From contig JABSQP010000009.1 of assembly GCA_013215815.1 (NCBI GenBank), forward strand, positions 4,598 through 68,597: a stretch of 64,000 nt of DNA, read 5' to 3'. The first letter of the stretch is position 1; each line of letters begins with the position of its first letter. Below the pieces are notes generated by a model. That model had not been told where the DNA came from. It saw only the letters and a program-made list of their open reading frames with translations, and ran no database searches. Of the stretch, positions 1 through 9,668 are shown piece by piece. Source of the DNA: Alphaproteobacteria bacterium. GTDB taxonomy: Bacteria > Pseudomonadota > Alphaproteobacteria > Micavibrionales > Micavibrionaceae. The position numbers were made by a program, and so were the translations under genes.

Positions 1-90
1 CCTATTCACGATGTTCAAGAACCAAACAATCCGGACAACGTAAACGGCTATCCGAACCGTAACCAAGTTTATAAAAACCTGAAAAAATAA
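1..90 (+). CDS. 3' end of an unidentified CDS entering from the left edge
   Basis: The frame is open from position 1 to TAA at 88-90 (...PNRNQVYKNLKK*). It is too short to assign a family. Confidence 0.3.
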   Translation, partial: PIHDVQEPNNPDNVNGYPNRNQVYKNLKK

Positions 91-381
91 ATACTTAAAG
101 AATGAGACGAACATAGTCGCGTAATAAACATTCGTCAAGCAAAATGTCGGAGCTTTTAAAAACTAAGTATTTAGCGGCTCCGGCAGTAAGTAGTGCGGGT
201 CAGCCCCGCGCTGTGAGAGGGGTTATATACTGAATGGATTATCGAAGTAAACCCCTTTTTTTCACTTTTTTTTAATTTTTTTATCTTTTTTTCATGAATG
301 GCTGAAAACCAAGGGTTACGCTCTTTAAAATCTCTAGAAAAACATCACAAAAACAATACTCAAAAGATAAATTTGCGAGAG

Positions 382-819
382 TTATAGCAATCCAGCCTCT
401 TTGAGCTCTTCCTCCATCTCTGGTGGAGGGGCATCATGCGCCTGCCCAAGGACATACACCCCCTTCTCTTTCGGCGCCTTGGCCTGATCAAAATAGCGCC
501 AACCCTGAAAAGGTCTATGCGGTGTACTGACCGTCTCAATAACATCCGTATCTGTGAGAATAAGACTTTGTGTGCCCTTATCACTGCTCTCATAGATGTC
601 AAAACCGATAATTCTCTGACGGCAGACAATACGGTTTTTAATAACCCTATATATAGAGCCTTCAGATTTTAATATCTCTTCTGCTTTTTTCGGCAAAAAA
701 CGCGTACGGACAATATTTGCTTCCTGGCCCTCAAACATAACACGCTCATGCGCTTGCCATGCTGCAAAGTCTTCTAAGGTATCAATTCCCACTACTAATT
801 TAATCATATGTATTGCCAT
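382..819 (-). CDS. DUF1489 family protein
   Basis: 145 aa. The N-terminal IHMIKLVVGIDTLEDF and C-terminal PFQGWRYF motifs match my recollection of the alphaproteobacterial DUF1489 family. Confidence 0.75.
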   Translation of the reverse strand: MAIHMIKLVVGIDTLEDFAAWQAHERVMFEGQEANIVRTRFLPKKAEEILKSEGSIYRVIKNRIVCRQRIIGFDIYESSDKGTQSLILTDTDVIETVSTPHRPFQGWRYFDQAKAPKEKGVYVLGQAHDAPPPEMEEELKEAGLL

Positions 820-956
820 ACCTTACAAAGTAGCCCGAAAAACCTCTAAATCAATAGATTTATCCCAAATACTTGCCCAACAGGGATTCACAAGACGTAC
901 ATACGTCTGTATATTGGTAAGCGATTGATTTTCTTTGATTCGTCTCTCGAATTACC

Positions 957-3410
957 ATGGATAGCAAAATATTAAAAAATAACTGCTCCGCCTTACTTCT
1001 AGGCGCTTTTGCAACACTTATAAGCTTCTCCTCGTCAGCGAAGGCTGAAAACGGGTTCAGTATTCCTGTATCCCCATGGATGGAAGAAAAGAGAAATCCT
1101 GAAATTGCGCCCTATCCTGTTCAACGCCTATCGATAGAAGATATTAATCACTTCAACATCAATGAGCATACGAAACAACCGCAGAACCAATCCGCACTAG
1201 AAAAAATTTATTCAAGCCGCATTGTCGATGAACTAGAGCAGTATGGTTACGATTTATTTGATACTGCCTTATCTCTACAAGACAAAAGAAATGCGATGCC
1301 TGCAGGCATGGTGCAAGACAATTATGTATTAAGCCATGGGGACTCACTCGATATTACTGTGCGCGGGCAATTAAATACACGCTCGACCTATATAATTGAT
1401 AGCCAAGGCCTACTAATCGTTGACAACTTCTCTCCCGTGACTGCTGCAGGCAAGACAATAGGGGAATTAAAGCAAGAGCTTCAAAGAGAAGCTGCCAGCA
1501 TGTACAACACTCAAGCATTCGTTTCTTTATCTGGCATAAGGCAAATTAAAATCCTTGTGACCGGTCATGTTAAAAACCCGGGACAAAAAAACGTCACAGC
1601 ATTTCATACAGCACTTGATGCTTTATCACTTGCCGGCGGCGTCGATGAAACAGGATCATTAAGACAAATTAAACTTGTTCGTGGTGACAAAACATATGTG
1701 ATAGACCTTTATCAACTTCTTATGGCCAGCATGTCAGGGGCTGATAAACTATTAAAAGATGGGGATCGCCTTATTGTACCACCTATCGGACCAACAATGG
1801 CAGTGAGCGGCAGCGTTAAGCGCCCTGCCATTTATGAAATACGCCGTCATGAGAAAATCAGCCTTCACCAGGCATTACAACTTGCCGGCGGCACGCTCCT
1901 CCCTGGGCAAAACAGATACGTGAAGATGCAATTCACCAAAGATGGCGATGAAACAATTCAAGATGTCGGAGAGGCAAAGCAAAGAATATTTGGTAACGGT
2001 TCTATTTTAATGGTTTCTCAAAGCCAACAAAAACAAGCGAGCGCTATCACTTTATCTGGCCATACACGCCAACCAGGAACACACGATCTTAAAAAGTCAA
2101 AAACACTTTCCGATCTCATCACAAGTGATAAAGTTCTCGGCAAAGATATATATCCTCTTATAGGCATTATTGAACGGCGCGACCCCAATCAACTCACCAA
2201 AACCCTTGTTGAATTCTCACCACGGCATGTCCTCACAAAAGAGGAAGATAAGAAATTAAATGAAGGCGATATAATTCATCTTTTTTCTATGGACGACATA
2301 CGTGATTTAGAAAAACCGCAAAAAGAAACATCACTGCTATATCATCAAGCTTCATTCACACCCGAGAAAAATAAAACAGCGATTGATGATCCTGTTATAC
2401 GCTCCTTCCTAAAAGAACGCGCAGCATTCGTACGCGGCGCTGTACGTCAAGAGGGATCTTACCCTGTCACAAGCCATGCAACACTGGATAGTGTCTTAGC
2501 TATTGCAGGCGGAATTTCTCTTGAAGCTAACAAAAAGAGTATTGAAGTAACATCACGTGAAAATGGCCGTCATACTTACGACATCGAAACAACAAATCCG
2601 AAGAATGTTCACATCACATCGGGTGATACAGTTCGCGTAAATCAAAAGTTTCATAAAATCACAGATCAGAGCGTGACCATTATCGGTGAAGTTAATCATC
2701 CTGGACGTTACGATCTCATGCCAGGCGATACTATTCTAAAGCTACTAGAGCGTGCAGGCGGCGTAACAAACCAATCTTATCCTGATGGCGCTATCTTTAG
2801 CCGCGCGGGAGAACGCAAGCGCGAGAAAAACCGTTATAAAGCGCAAGCGCAAGATTTAGAAATGAAGCTAGCCGCCAGCATGAGCCAAGCCGATAAAGAT
2901 AAAAAGCCTGATATGACACAGGTAAGCGCGATGCAGAGCCTTATCGCGCAATTAAAGGGAGCGGAAGCAGTTGGACGCATAACAGTTGAAGCCGATCCCT
3001 CTTCTTTAAAAGCTGATCCAGCGCAAGATATCTTGCTCGAAGCAGGTGATAAGATCTTTATCCCTAAACGCCCCCTCACAGTGCGCGTTGCTGGCGAAGT
3101 TCTCTCCCCAGCATCCCTACAATTTAAAAGCGGGAAAGACCCGCTCGACTATATTAATGAGGCTGGCGGCACAACTTATTACGCCGATAAAGGCCGCGCC
3201 TTTGTTGTATACCCAGATGGTAGCGCTTCGCCGCTCGGTATTAGCGCATGGAATCACAGATCAACAATGATTCCGCCGGGCTCCACGATCATTGTACCGC
3301 GTGATCCAAAGCCATTCGACTTCCTTGAAAGCGCAGAACGCGTCAGTCAGATTCTAGCCAATCTTGCGATCTCTGGCCTTTATATCGAAGCTATTGGCGA
3401 CGATGATTAA
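957..3410 (+). CDS. Polysaccharide export protein, KpsD/Wza family, with multiple SLBB repeats
   Basis: 817 aa with a signal peptide (...SFSSSAKA/EN). A Poly_export-like N-terminal block (GDSLDITVRGQ...) is followed by at least five SLBB-like repeats (V.G.V..PG.Y......L.D.L..AGG). Confidence 0.85.
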   Translation: MDSKILKNNCSALLLGAFATLISFSSSAKAENGFSIPVSPWMEEKRNPEIAPYPVQRLSIEDINHFNINEHTKQPQNQSALEKIYSSRIVDELEQYGYDLFDTALSLQDKRNAMPAGMVQDNYVLSHGDSLDITVRGQLNTRSTYIIDSQGLLIVDNFSPVTAAGKTIGELKQELQREAASMYNTQAFVSLSGIRQIKILVTGHVKNPGQKNVTAFHTALDALSLAGGVDETGSLRQIKLVRGDKTYVIDLYQLLMASMSGADKLLKDGDRLIVPPIGPTMAVSGSVKRPAIYEIRRHEKISLHQALQLAGGTLLPGQNRYVKMQFTKDGDETIQDVGEAKQRIFGNGSILMVSQSQQKQASAITLSGHTRQPGTHDLKKSKTLSDLITSDKVLGKDIYPLIGIIERRDPNQLTKTLVEFSPRHVLTKEEDKKLNEGDIIHLFSMDDIRDLEKPQKETSLLYHQASFTPEKNKTAIDDPVIRSFLKERAAFVRGAVRQEGSYPVTSHATLDSVLAIAGGISLEANKKSIEVTSRENGRHTYDIETTNPKNVHITSGDTVRVNQKFHKITDQSVTIIGEVNHPGRYDLMPGDTILKLLERAGGVTNQSYPDGAIFSRAGERKREKNRYKAQAQDLEMKLAASMSQADKDKKPDMTQVSAMQSLIAQLKGAEAVGRITVEADPSSLKADPAQDILLEAGDKIFIPKRPLTVRVAGEVLSPASLQFKSGKDPLDYINEAGGTTYYADKGRAFVVYPDGSASPLGISAWNHRSTMIPPGSTIIVPRDPKPFDFLESAERVSQILANLAISGLYIEAIGDDD

Positions 3411-3429
3411 GCGGCATATAATATAAACT

Positions 3430-4194
3430 ATGCGCGCGCCCTATTTTTCAATTGTAACAGTCACGAAAAACAATCTGGAAGGATTGAAAGAAACCGCTGC
3501 GTCTATTGCTGCACAGGATAATAGTGATTGGGGAAACCATGAATGGATTGTCATCGATGGTAACTCTAATGATGGCAGCGAAGAGTTCTTAAAAACAACA
3601 AAGGCACACTGGATTAGCGCACCAGATGATGGGCTTTACGATGCGATGAATAAAGGCATCGAGCGCGCCCACGGTGTTTACATTATATTTATGAATGCTG
3701 GCGATGTCTTTACTGATGAAACGGTTTTAAGCGAGCTACAAAACGATATTGATGAACCCCTTCCTGATCTTATATATGGCGACGCACTTGAACAGGGGCA
3801 GGATGGGCACGATTACTATAAATATGCACGCAGTCATAAACATATTGATAAGGGTATGTTCACGCATCACCAATCTATCTTTTATAAGAGGGAAAAGATT
3901 GAAACGCTTCGCTATGATTTAAGCTATAAGCTCGCAGCTGATTATGATTTTACAGCACGCTTTTTAAAGATGAACCCTTACGCGATCTATTTTGACCGTC
4001 CAATCTGTCTTTTTGAGGCAGGAGGATTGTCGCAACGCAATGCTGGTCAATCAAGGTCAGAGGAATTCCAGATCAGGCAAGAAATGAATGTACCAATGGT
4101 AAAAAACATACTGGTAACAGCACGGCAAATGATCGCTCAATTTATTCGGCAGCTTTCAAATCCGCTTTACTGGAAGATTCGCGAGAATTTTTAA
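3430..4194 (+). CDS. Family 2 glycosyltransferase
   Basis: 254 aa. It has the GT-A N-terminus FSIVTVTKNN, then VIDGNSNDGS and a DxD-like NAGD, typical of GT2. Confidence 0.8.
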   Translation: MRAPYFSIVTVTKNNLEGLKETAASIAAQDNSDWGNHEWIVIDGNSNDGSEEFLKTTKAHWISAPDDGLYDAMNKGIERAHGVYIIFMNAGDVFTDETVLSELQNDIDEPLPDLIYGDALEQGQDGHDYYKYARSHKHIDKGMFTHHQSIFYKREKIETLRYDLSYKLAADYDFTARFLKMNPYAIYFDRPICLFEAGGLSQRNAGQSRSEEFQIRQEMNVPMVKNILVTARQMIAQFIRQLSNPLYWKIRENF

Positions 4195-4990
4195 GCGCAT
4201 TAGAGACCATCCTATAATAAGTATAACGTGATTTTGCGAACTCAAAGCCAGCGCGCCCACCAAGAAACCCACGTTTTAAAATATAACTATGTGCAAACGC
4301 TATTAGTGGCCTGAATGGCATAGAACGAAACATCTGCTTCAAAAACTCTCGTACAGCAGACGGATCTCTTGGATAAGCATGACGCTTAATCATCTCTGCC
4401 TCCCAATGCGCATAGCGCTTATGACGCTTATGCCAATTATCATTATCGGCATAATGTAGCAGAGGCTCAACTAACTGCCCTAACACCTCACCTGCAAATT
4501 TTTTTTTAAGAACCGGTTGATAATGCCCTTCCATCTCGCCCATGCCTGCAATATCCAGATCATCAACGACAGGGAATTCAACTTTATAGCGGTTGAATAG
4601 AACCAGTTTATTGTTTTGAAGACCGTGCTTGAGCGCTCTACCATTCCAAATATACCGCCCCTTCACAAAATACCCTGCACATGACGTATCTGTTACACTT
4701 TTTATTTCGTCAACAAGCCTAGATGTAAGCACCTCGTCTGCATCAACAAAGAAAATCATATTGTGCCTTGTCTCGATATGATCAAGAGACCACTGTCGTT
4801 TCTTAGGGTAAGAACCATTCCACGAAAAACTCTCAATACGTGCTCCCAGATCAGAGGCAATCATACAAGTTCTATCATTGCTATTTGAATCAACAACAAT
4901 CACCTCATCAAAATTAGAAAGCGCATTCAAGCAGCGCGCAATATTACCTTCCTCATTGCGCGTAGTAATAATGACACTCACAGGGATCAT
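4142..4990 (-). CDS. Family 2 glycosyltransferase
   Basis: 282 aa with VSVIITTRNEEGNI, VVDSNSNDRT and FVDADE (DxD) motifs. Its 3' end overlaps the convergent GT2 gene by 53 nt. Confidence 0.8.
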   Translation of the reverse strand: MIPVSVIITTRNEEGNIARCLNALSNFDEVIVVDSNSNDRTCMIASDLGARIESFSWNGSYPKKRQWSLDHIETRHNMIFFVDADEVLTSRLVDEIKSVTDTSCAGYFVKGRYIWNGRALKHGLQNNKLVLFNRYKVEFPVVDDLDIAGMGEMEGHYQPVLKKKFAGEVLGQLVEPLLHYADNDNWHKRHKRYAHWEAEMIKRHAYPRDPSAVREFLKQMFRSMPFRPLIAFAHSYILKRGFLGGRAGFEFAKSRYTYYRMVSNALKNSRESSSKADLKAAE

Positions 4991-4993
4991 GTT

Positions 4994-5824
4994 TTAATCT
5001 CTTTGGCGAAATGACCAAGTAAGGTAGCCTAGAAACATACCCATCAAAATGGCGATAGGCCAAACTAAAACTGGGTTTGGCCAATGCGGCTTTGGTGTAG
5101 AAAAAGCAGGCTCAACAACAATAGCAGCATAAGGCTCATCAAGATTAGCAAGCATTTGAATATGCTCTTGCTGCATCAACAAATTCGTAATGCCTTTACG
5201 ATGATCCGGATTATTTGTTCTTGCGAGAGAGTTCTTCAAATAGTCAATACGGCTTTGTGATTGGCGACGGCGATCACGACGTATCATCTGATCAGACACC
5301 AGATGGATTTTACGAAGCATTGCCGCAGCAAAATCAGGATCAGGGTGCTGATAACTAATGCGGCGTAACGGTGTTGCCCCTAAAGGATCAATTTGAATAC
5401 GGCGATCAAGATAAGTGGCCAACGCTTCTTTCTTTGATAATGCACCTTCATGTCCACCACGGCGAATACCCGCAATCACACCACTATCACTCAATAGAAT
5501 ATCAGCGACCGATGGTCCACGAATGGTATGAATGAAGCGATAGAAATCTGTTGAAGCGCCCTCCTGATCTTTTGGCCGCCAAAACGGCATTGATGCTATA
5601 CGGTCATTATCAATCAAGGACGCATAATCACCCAAAGCATACCCATCTGCAGGCGCGACAATCATGGTCGCTTTATAGAGCGGTGTTACAGTGAATAAAA
5701 AAACCGCAGTGCATATTGATAAAAGAATAATAAAGACAGCCATATAAAACTTTGACATCCATATGCGGCGTATCAGATCCGCCAACGTCACTTCTTCATA
5801 CTGCCCTGCATTATTATCAATCAT
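4994..5824 (-). CDS. Wzz-like polysaccharide chain-length determinant protein
   Basis: 276 aa with one TM helix near each end and a periplasmic middle. The N-terminal segment (LADLIRRIWMSKFYM...) is Wzz-like. There is no C-terminal tyrosine kinase domain. Confidence 0.6.
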   Translation of the reverse strand: MIDNNAGQYEEVTLADLIRRIWMSKFYMAVFIILLSICTAVFLFTVTPLYKATMIVAPADGYALGDYASLIDNDRIASMPFWRPKDQEGASTDFYRFIHTIRGPSVADILLSDSGVIAGIRRGGHEGALSKKEALATYLDRRIQIDPLGATPLRRISYQHPDPDFAAAMLRKIHLVSDQMIRRDRRRQSQSRIDYLKNSLARTNNPDHRKGITNLLMQQEHIQMLANLDEPYAAIVVEPAFSTPKPHWPNPVLVWPIAILMGMFLGYLTWSFRQRD

Positions 5825-5828
5825 AAAT

Positions 5829-7022
5829 TTACTTCACCGCCCTATTCAGTTCATCACTCCATGCGTTCAAACTTGTTGTTATATTATACGTCTGAGATGC
5901 CTTGATAGCGCCTTCTTGAGCGTTAAACCACTCCTGCCCATTATGGCGATAATATAAAATTGCATCCACTAAAGATTGCGCCTTATCATTAGAAACTGTG
6001 ATGCCCGCCTTATATTCTTTCAGCACTTTGGCAATACCGCTCTTCTCAGATCCTACAAATATAGTCGGACGCCCGACAGCAAGGGAAGAGTAAAATTTAC
6101 ACGGCAGTAAAAGCCCTTCTGCACCCTGCTTCATACTCACCAAATGAATATCGCCACTTTCTAATAAGCCCTTCAGCGCGTGAGATGGCTGATACGGCAT
6201 AAACTTTATATTATCGAGCCCTTCTTTTGCTCGCTCTTGAGCCAAATCATCATGTGCGTCAGACGTGCCAACGAAAACAAATTCTATCTCTTTATGATCA
6301 AGCAGCTTTTTTGCCGCGTTAAATATCACACGCATATCATGGGCTAGGCCAACATTACCTGCATATAAAATTCGAAACTTCGGGCTATCATCACGAAATA
6401 CCTTTTCCGGCAACACCGTTTTTGGCTGAATTGCAATCTTACCAGTGCCTTCTGGAATAAAAATATGCGGATCGGCCCAATTGGGAATAATAGAGACCTT
6501 ATCTCTATTAACGCCCGTTTTAACCAAATAGTCGGCCATACAGCGTTCTAAAACCACAACCTTAGACGATCTATTCAAAATACGGCGCATATATTTATAA
6601 ACACTATTATAAACTGGCGGCCTCTTTCCAAATAATGGCAGCAAATCCGGATACACATCATGTGACCAATGGATATGCTTCGCTCCCTTCACCTTAGAAA
6701 CAATATGCCCCATCACAGCGCAAAGCGGCGGATCGCTCATGCTGACAACAACATCAGGTTTTTGAGAAAATAATGCTGCTGTCAGTAACTTTCTAAAAAT
6801 CGATAAATAAGACACTACAGAGCGCGGTTCTTGATTGACCTTGATAGAGTGAACAAAAATATCCTTTTTCAACCCCTTATACTTCTTCGCTCCGGTCGTT
6901 AAAACCTGAACATCCCATCCCTGAGATGCCATATGCCGCGCCAGATTTTCTGCCATACGGCCTGTTGCCCCCCTATGCGGCGGGTAAACACGGTTTATAA
7001 TAAGGAGAGATTTTTTTGTCAT
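5829..7022 (-). CDS. GT-B fold glycosyltransferase (family 4 / group 1 like)
   Basis: 397 aa with an N-terminal INRVYPPHRGATGR and a C-terminal E..G....E-type region (LLPCKFYSSLAVGRPTIFVG). Confidence 0.8.
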   Translation of the reverse strand: MTKKSLLIINRVYPPHRGATGRMAENLARHMASQGWDVQVLTTGAKKYKGLKKDIFVHSIKVNQEPRSVVSYLSIFRKLLTAALFSQKPDVVVSMSDPPLCAVMGHIVSKVKGAKHIHWSHDVYPDLLPLFGKRPPVYNSVYKYMRRILNRSSKVVVLERCMADYLVKTGVNRDKVSIIPNWADPHIFIPEGTGKIAIQPKTVLPEKVFRDDSPKFRILYAGNVGLAHDMRVIFNAAKKLLDHKEIEFVFVGTSDAHDDLAQERAKEGLDNIKFMPYQPSHALKGLLESGDIHLVSMKQGAEGLLLPCKFYSSLAVGRPTIFVGSEKSGIAKVLKEYKAGITVSNDKAQSLVDAILYYRHNGQEWFNAQEGAIKASQTYNITTSLNAWSDELNRAVK

Positions 7023-8199
7023 AAATTGAAAACGCTACAATCAAAGTCAGTACTAATCCAAAATCAAATGATTTATAGGAAGCATACAGAAAAACAGGAA
7101 TGACAAAAGCCCAGAAAAGAGCAATGCCCACAAGACTATTTTTCAAAAATATCTGGATAACCTGGCGGCTAAAGTAGGAGCAATACGCAATTGTCACAAC
7201 AAGCCCCAATAAACCTGTTTTTAAAAGCATGTAAGACAAGAAACTATGTGTAAAACTAGCCTGCAAGCCTCCAAGAGCTGGTGATGCGAATTGGCTTCCC
7301 CACCCCAGACCAAACAAGGTGGTCAATGGATTTTGACCAATCTCTTTCCAAACAGCCGTCAACTCATGTGCCCGCGCATTTAAACCAACAAGGCTTGTTT
7401 TATATTCAATAGATAAAAAGATGCTCGCAATTTCTGTTTTAAAAAAAGCGATGAAAAAAACACAAATCGCTATAGGAACTATCGAATGCACTGGCCTATT
7501 TTTAAATTCACGAAAAACAATAAAAACGAACGAAAGAACAACAGCAACCAATGTCGCCCTTTGTATATCCTGCGCCATAGATACAATCATGAGCAATGAC
7601 AGTGAAAAACAAAAAACAGATTGAAGCACCTGTTTTTTGATAACGGATAAGTAAGACAGCCCTAACAAAACTATGGCGTAAAATAAAACCAAAGGGGAAT
7701 TTGCCAAATATAAAAGTTCATCTGTTTCGTTCATAAACGGGATATCAGAAAATAAAACACGCAAACTAAAGCTTAAAGCAATAATAAAACCACCTATAAA
7801 AAGAGCATCAAAACCGTATTTATATTTTCGGATAACTGGAATTAAAAATATTGGTAAACAAAATAATACGAAAGCAACAACATCACGAACCAGAATCGAA
7901 AAGGCAACTCCACCTAACGTTCCAACTAAAACAGGAACACTCAAACCAAAGACCATAAAGATTATAGCTACATGATTTTGTGCCCTGCTCTTATAAAGAA
8001 ACGCCTTATAAAACCCAAAAGAACCAACACTAATCACTAGCAATAAGGCGATAAGAAGCTCAGAAAAACCAGGGTTATCCGGCGTAGGAGAACTTTGAAA
8101 TCCATACAACAGACAGCATAAAAACAAACAAAAAATAGAATAATGGCAATTACCACTAAAAATGTATCTTAGGAAAGATATCGTGGAAGAAAGCATCAT
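6973..8199 (-). CDS. O-antigen polymerase/ligase-like (Wzy_C-type) polytopic membrane protein
   Basis: 408 aa with about 10 or more hydrophobic helices and a loop containing HELTAVWKEIGQNPLTTLFGLGWGSQF, typical of Wzy/WaaL-type proteins. It overlaps the downstream GT gene by 50 nt. Confidence 0.6.
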   Translation of the reverse strand: MMLSSTISFLRYIFSGNCHYSIFCLFLCCLLYGFQSSPTPDNPGFSELLIALLLVISVGSFGFYKAFLYKSRAQNHVAIIFMVFGLSVPVLVGTLGGVAFSILVRDVVAFVLFCLPIFLIPVIRKYKYGFDALFIGGFIIALSFSLRVLFSDIPFMNETDELLYLANSPLVLFYAIVLLGLSYLSVIKKQVLQSVFCFSLSLLMIVSMAQDIQRATLVAVVLSFVFIVFREFKNRPVHSIVPIAICVFFIAFFKTEIASIFLSIEYKTSLVGLNARAHELTAVWKEIGQNPLTTLFGLGWGSQFASPALGGLQASFTHSFLSYMLLKTGLLGLVVTIAYCSYFSRQVIQIFLKNSLVGIALFWAFVIPVFLYASYKSFDFGLVLTLIVAFSIYDKKISPYYKPCLPAA

Positions 8200-8222
8200 A
8201 GAATTAAGGCTACAGAAGTAAT

Positions 8223-8249
8223 AAAAAAACCGCTAATTCGTATTAGCGG
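8223..8249 (-). terminator. Rho-independent terminator after the 8283-8804 gene
   Basis: Stem CCGCTAAT (8230-8237) pairs with ATTAGCGG (8242-8249) around a 4-nt loop. On the minus strand it is followed by a 7-U run (8223-8229). Confidence 0.6.
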
Positions 8250-8282
8250 CTTTCAACAAAGATACACAACTTTTTCAAAATA

Positions 8283-8804
8283 TTAATACGCTGTAAAGAC
8301 ACGCTGAGGCGTTACAAAATTTTGTTTCTTTTTTCTATTATACTTAACTTTAACATTCGTAGGCACATTCGCTGTTGATGAACCACCCGAAGAACCAGAA
8401 TCAGATCTGAACTGAGCCTGATATTTTTGAAAAGCTTGCTGATAATCTTTTTCAAGATAGCTCTGATTCATGTACTCAGTTGTCACATGTTCTTGTGCTT
8501 GAGCATATGCATCACGACGGGCTCTAGATTGCATGACCTGCGTCGGTGTCATGCTCATTGTATAGGCAGCACCACCACTAGGTGTGTAGGGTTGAACGGG
8601 CGTGCTTCCCACATTGGCTACACTTGAGCCTGTCTTGCCTGACAATATTTGATTCAAATTAATCGGCGCAGAGCCGGATGTTGTTGGAGTTTGATTATAA
8701 ATTCTTGGTTTTTCCTGTCCCATTTGCGCACTCGCATCACCTGCAATACCCAAAGACAAGATCAAACAACAAAAAACAAAACAGATTTTCTCTATTATTT
8801 TCAT
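8283..8804 (-). CDS. Secreted low-complexity hypothetical protein
   Basis: 173 aa with signal peptide MKIIEKICFVFCCLILSLGIAGDASA/Q. The mature part is rich in S/T/G/Q and I recognise no family. Confidence 0.5.
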   Translation of the reverse strand: MKIIEKICFVFCCLILSLGIAGDASAQMGQEKPRIYNQTPTTSGSAPINLNQILSGKTGSSVANVGSTPVQPYTPSGGAAYTMSMTPTQVMQSRARRDAYAQAQEHVTTEYMNQSYLEKDYQQAFQKYQAQFRSDSGSSGGSSTANVPTNVKVKYNRKKKQNFVTPQRVFTAY

Positions 8805-8982
8805 AGTTTTAGTATAGCAAACCCTGAGGAATTAAGAAAATTTTTCTCAAAAAATTGTGTGAATTCAAATATTTACATAAATATAGAAAAATTACGTATT
8901 TGAACCACATGTTTTTAACAGTTCTTTAAGTTTTTTAGCGCATGATTACATCAGTTTCGTAAAATAATAAGGAGTGTAAAGC

Positions 8983-9567
8983 ATGCAAATCAATATCGGA
9001 GAACTGGTAGAACGCGCTGGGCTAGAAGAAAGCGTTTATCCAGGTAAAAAGTCTGGTACAGCTTTTACACCGCCAGGTGAATTTAGAAGTCATACGGTAT
9101 GCATGAATTGGAATGACCAAAATACTATACAAATCCAACTGACTGCTGGAACGACTGGTAATACGCCTGAGTTAAGTGATTTACAACGATATCCAGTAAG
9201 CCTACAGGCAAAAACAAGTGTAGAAATTGCAGTTAGCCGTGACGCCGAGGATTCTGAAGCGTCGTTATCTACAAGTGCCTTCGATCAAGCGCGTAGAAAT
9301 GAAATTCCAACAGAAGGGGAAATCACTCAAGTTGTCATTATGGGTAAAGAATTAGATCCTCAGCAATTCGGACCTGCTTTAGACAGTCTTTTATATCAAA
9401 TGGGCGGCGATAAAATTGATCCGATCCAAATGCTTAATGATGCAGGACAAGTCGTGCGGCGCGTGACACCATCTGGAGGCCTTGACGCAAAAGGTGATGA
9501 AACAATTAATTATGAATATGACCCAGAGAGAAACGCAGGTTTGTTTGGGGGGATGGCACCAAGTTAA
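8983..9567 (+). CDS. Hypothetical protein
   Basis: 194 aa with a strong SD (AAGGAG) 8 nt upstream of the ATG and a terminator downstream. No signal peptide and no recognisable motif. Confidence 0.5.
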   Translation: MQINIGELVERAGLEESVYPGKKSGTAFTPPGEFRSHTVCMNWNDQNTIQIQLTAGTTGNTPELSDLQRYPVSLQAKTSVEIAVSRDAEDSEASLSTSAFDQARRNEIPTEGEITQVVIMGKELDPQQFGPALDSLLYQMGGDKIDPIQMLNDAGQVVRRVTPSGGLDAKGDETINYEYDPERNAGLFGGMAPS

Positions 9568-9599
9568 ACAATTTCTAAATGTCTATTTATAATATTAAG

Positions 9600-9634
9600 A
9601 TAGCGGTTTTTAATAAGCCGCTATTTTTTATTTT
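9600..9634 (+). terminator. Rho-independent terminator
   Basis: Stem ATAGCGG (9600-9606) pairs with CCGCTAT (9618-9624), followed by TTTTTTATTTT. Confidence 0.6.
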
Positions 9635-9668
9635 GTGAAGCGATATCAATCACGGTATAGCTATTACT

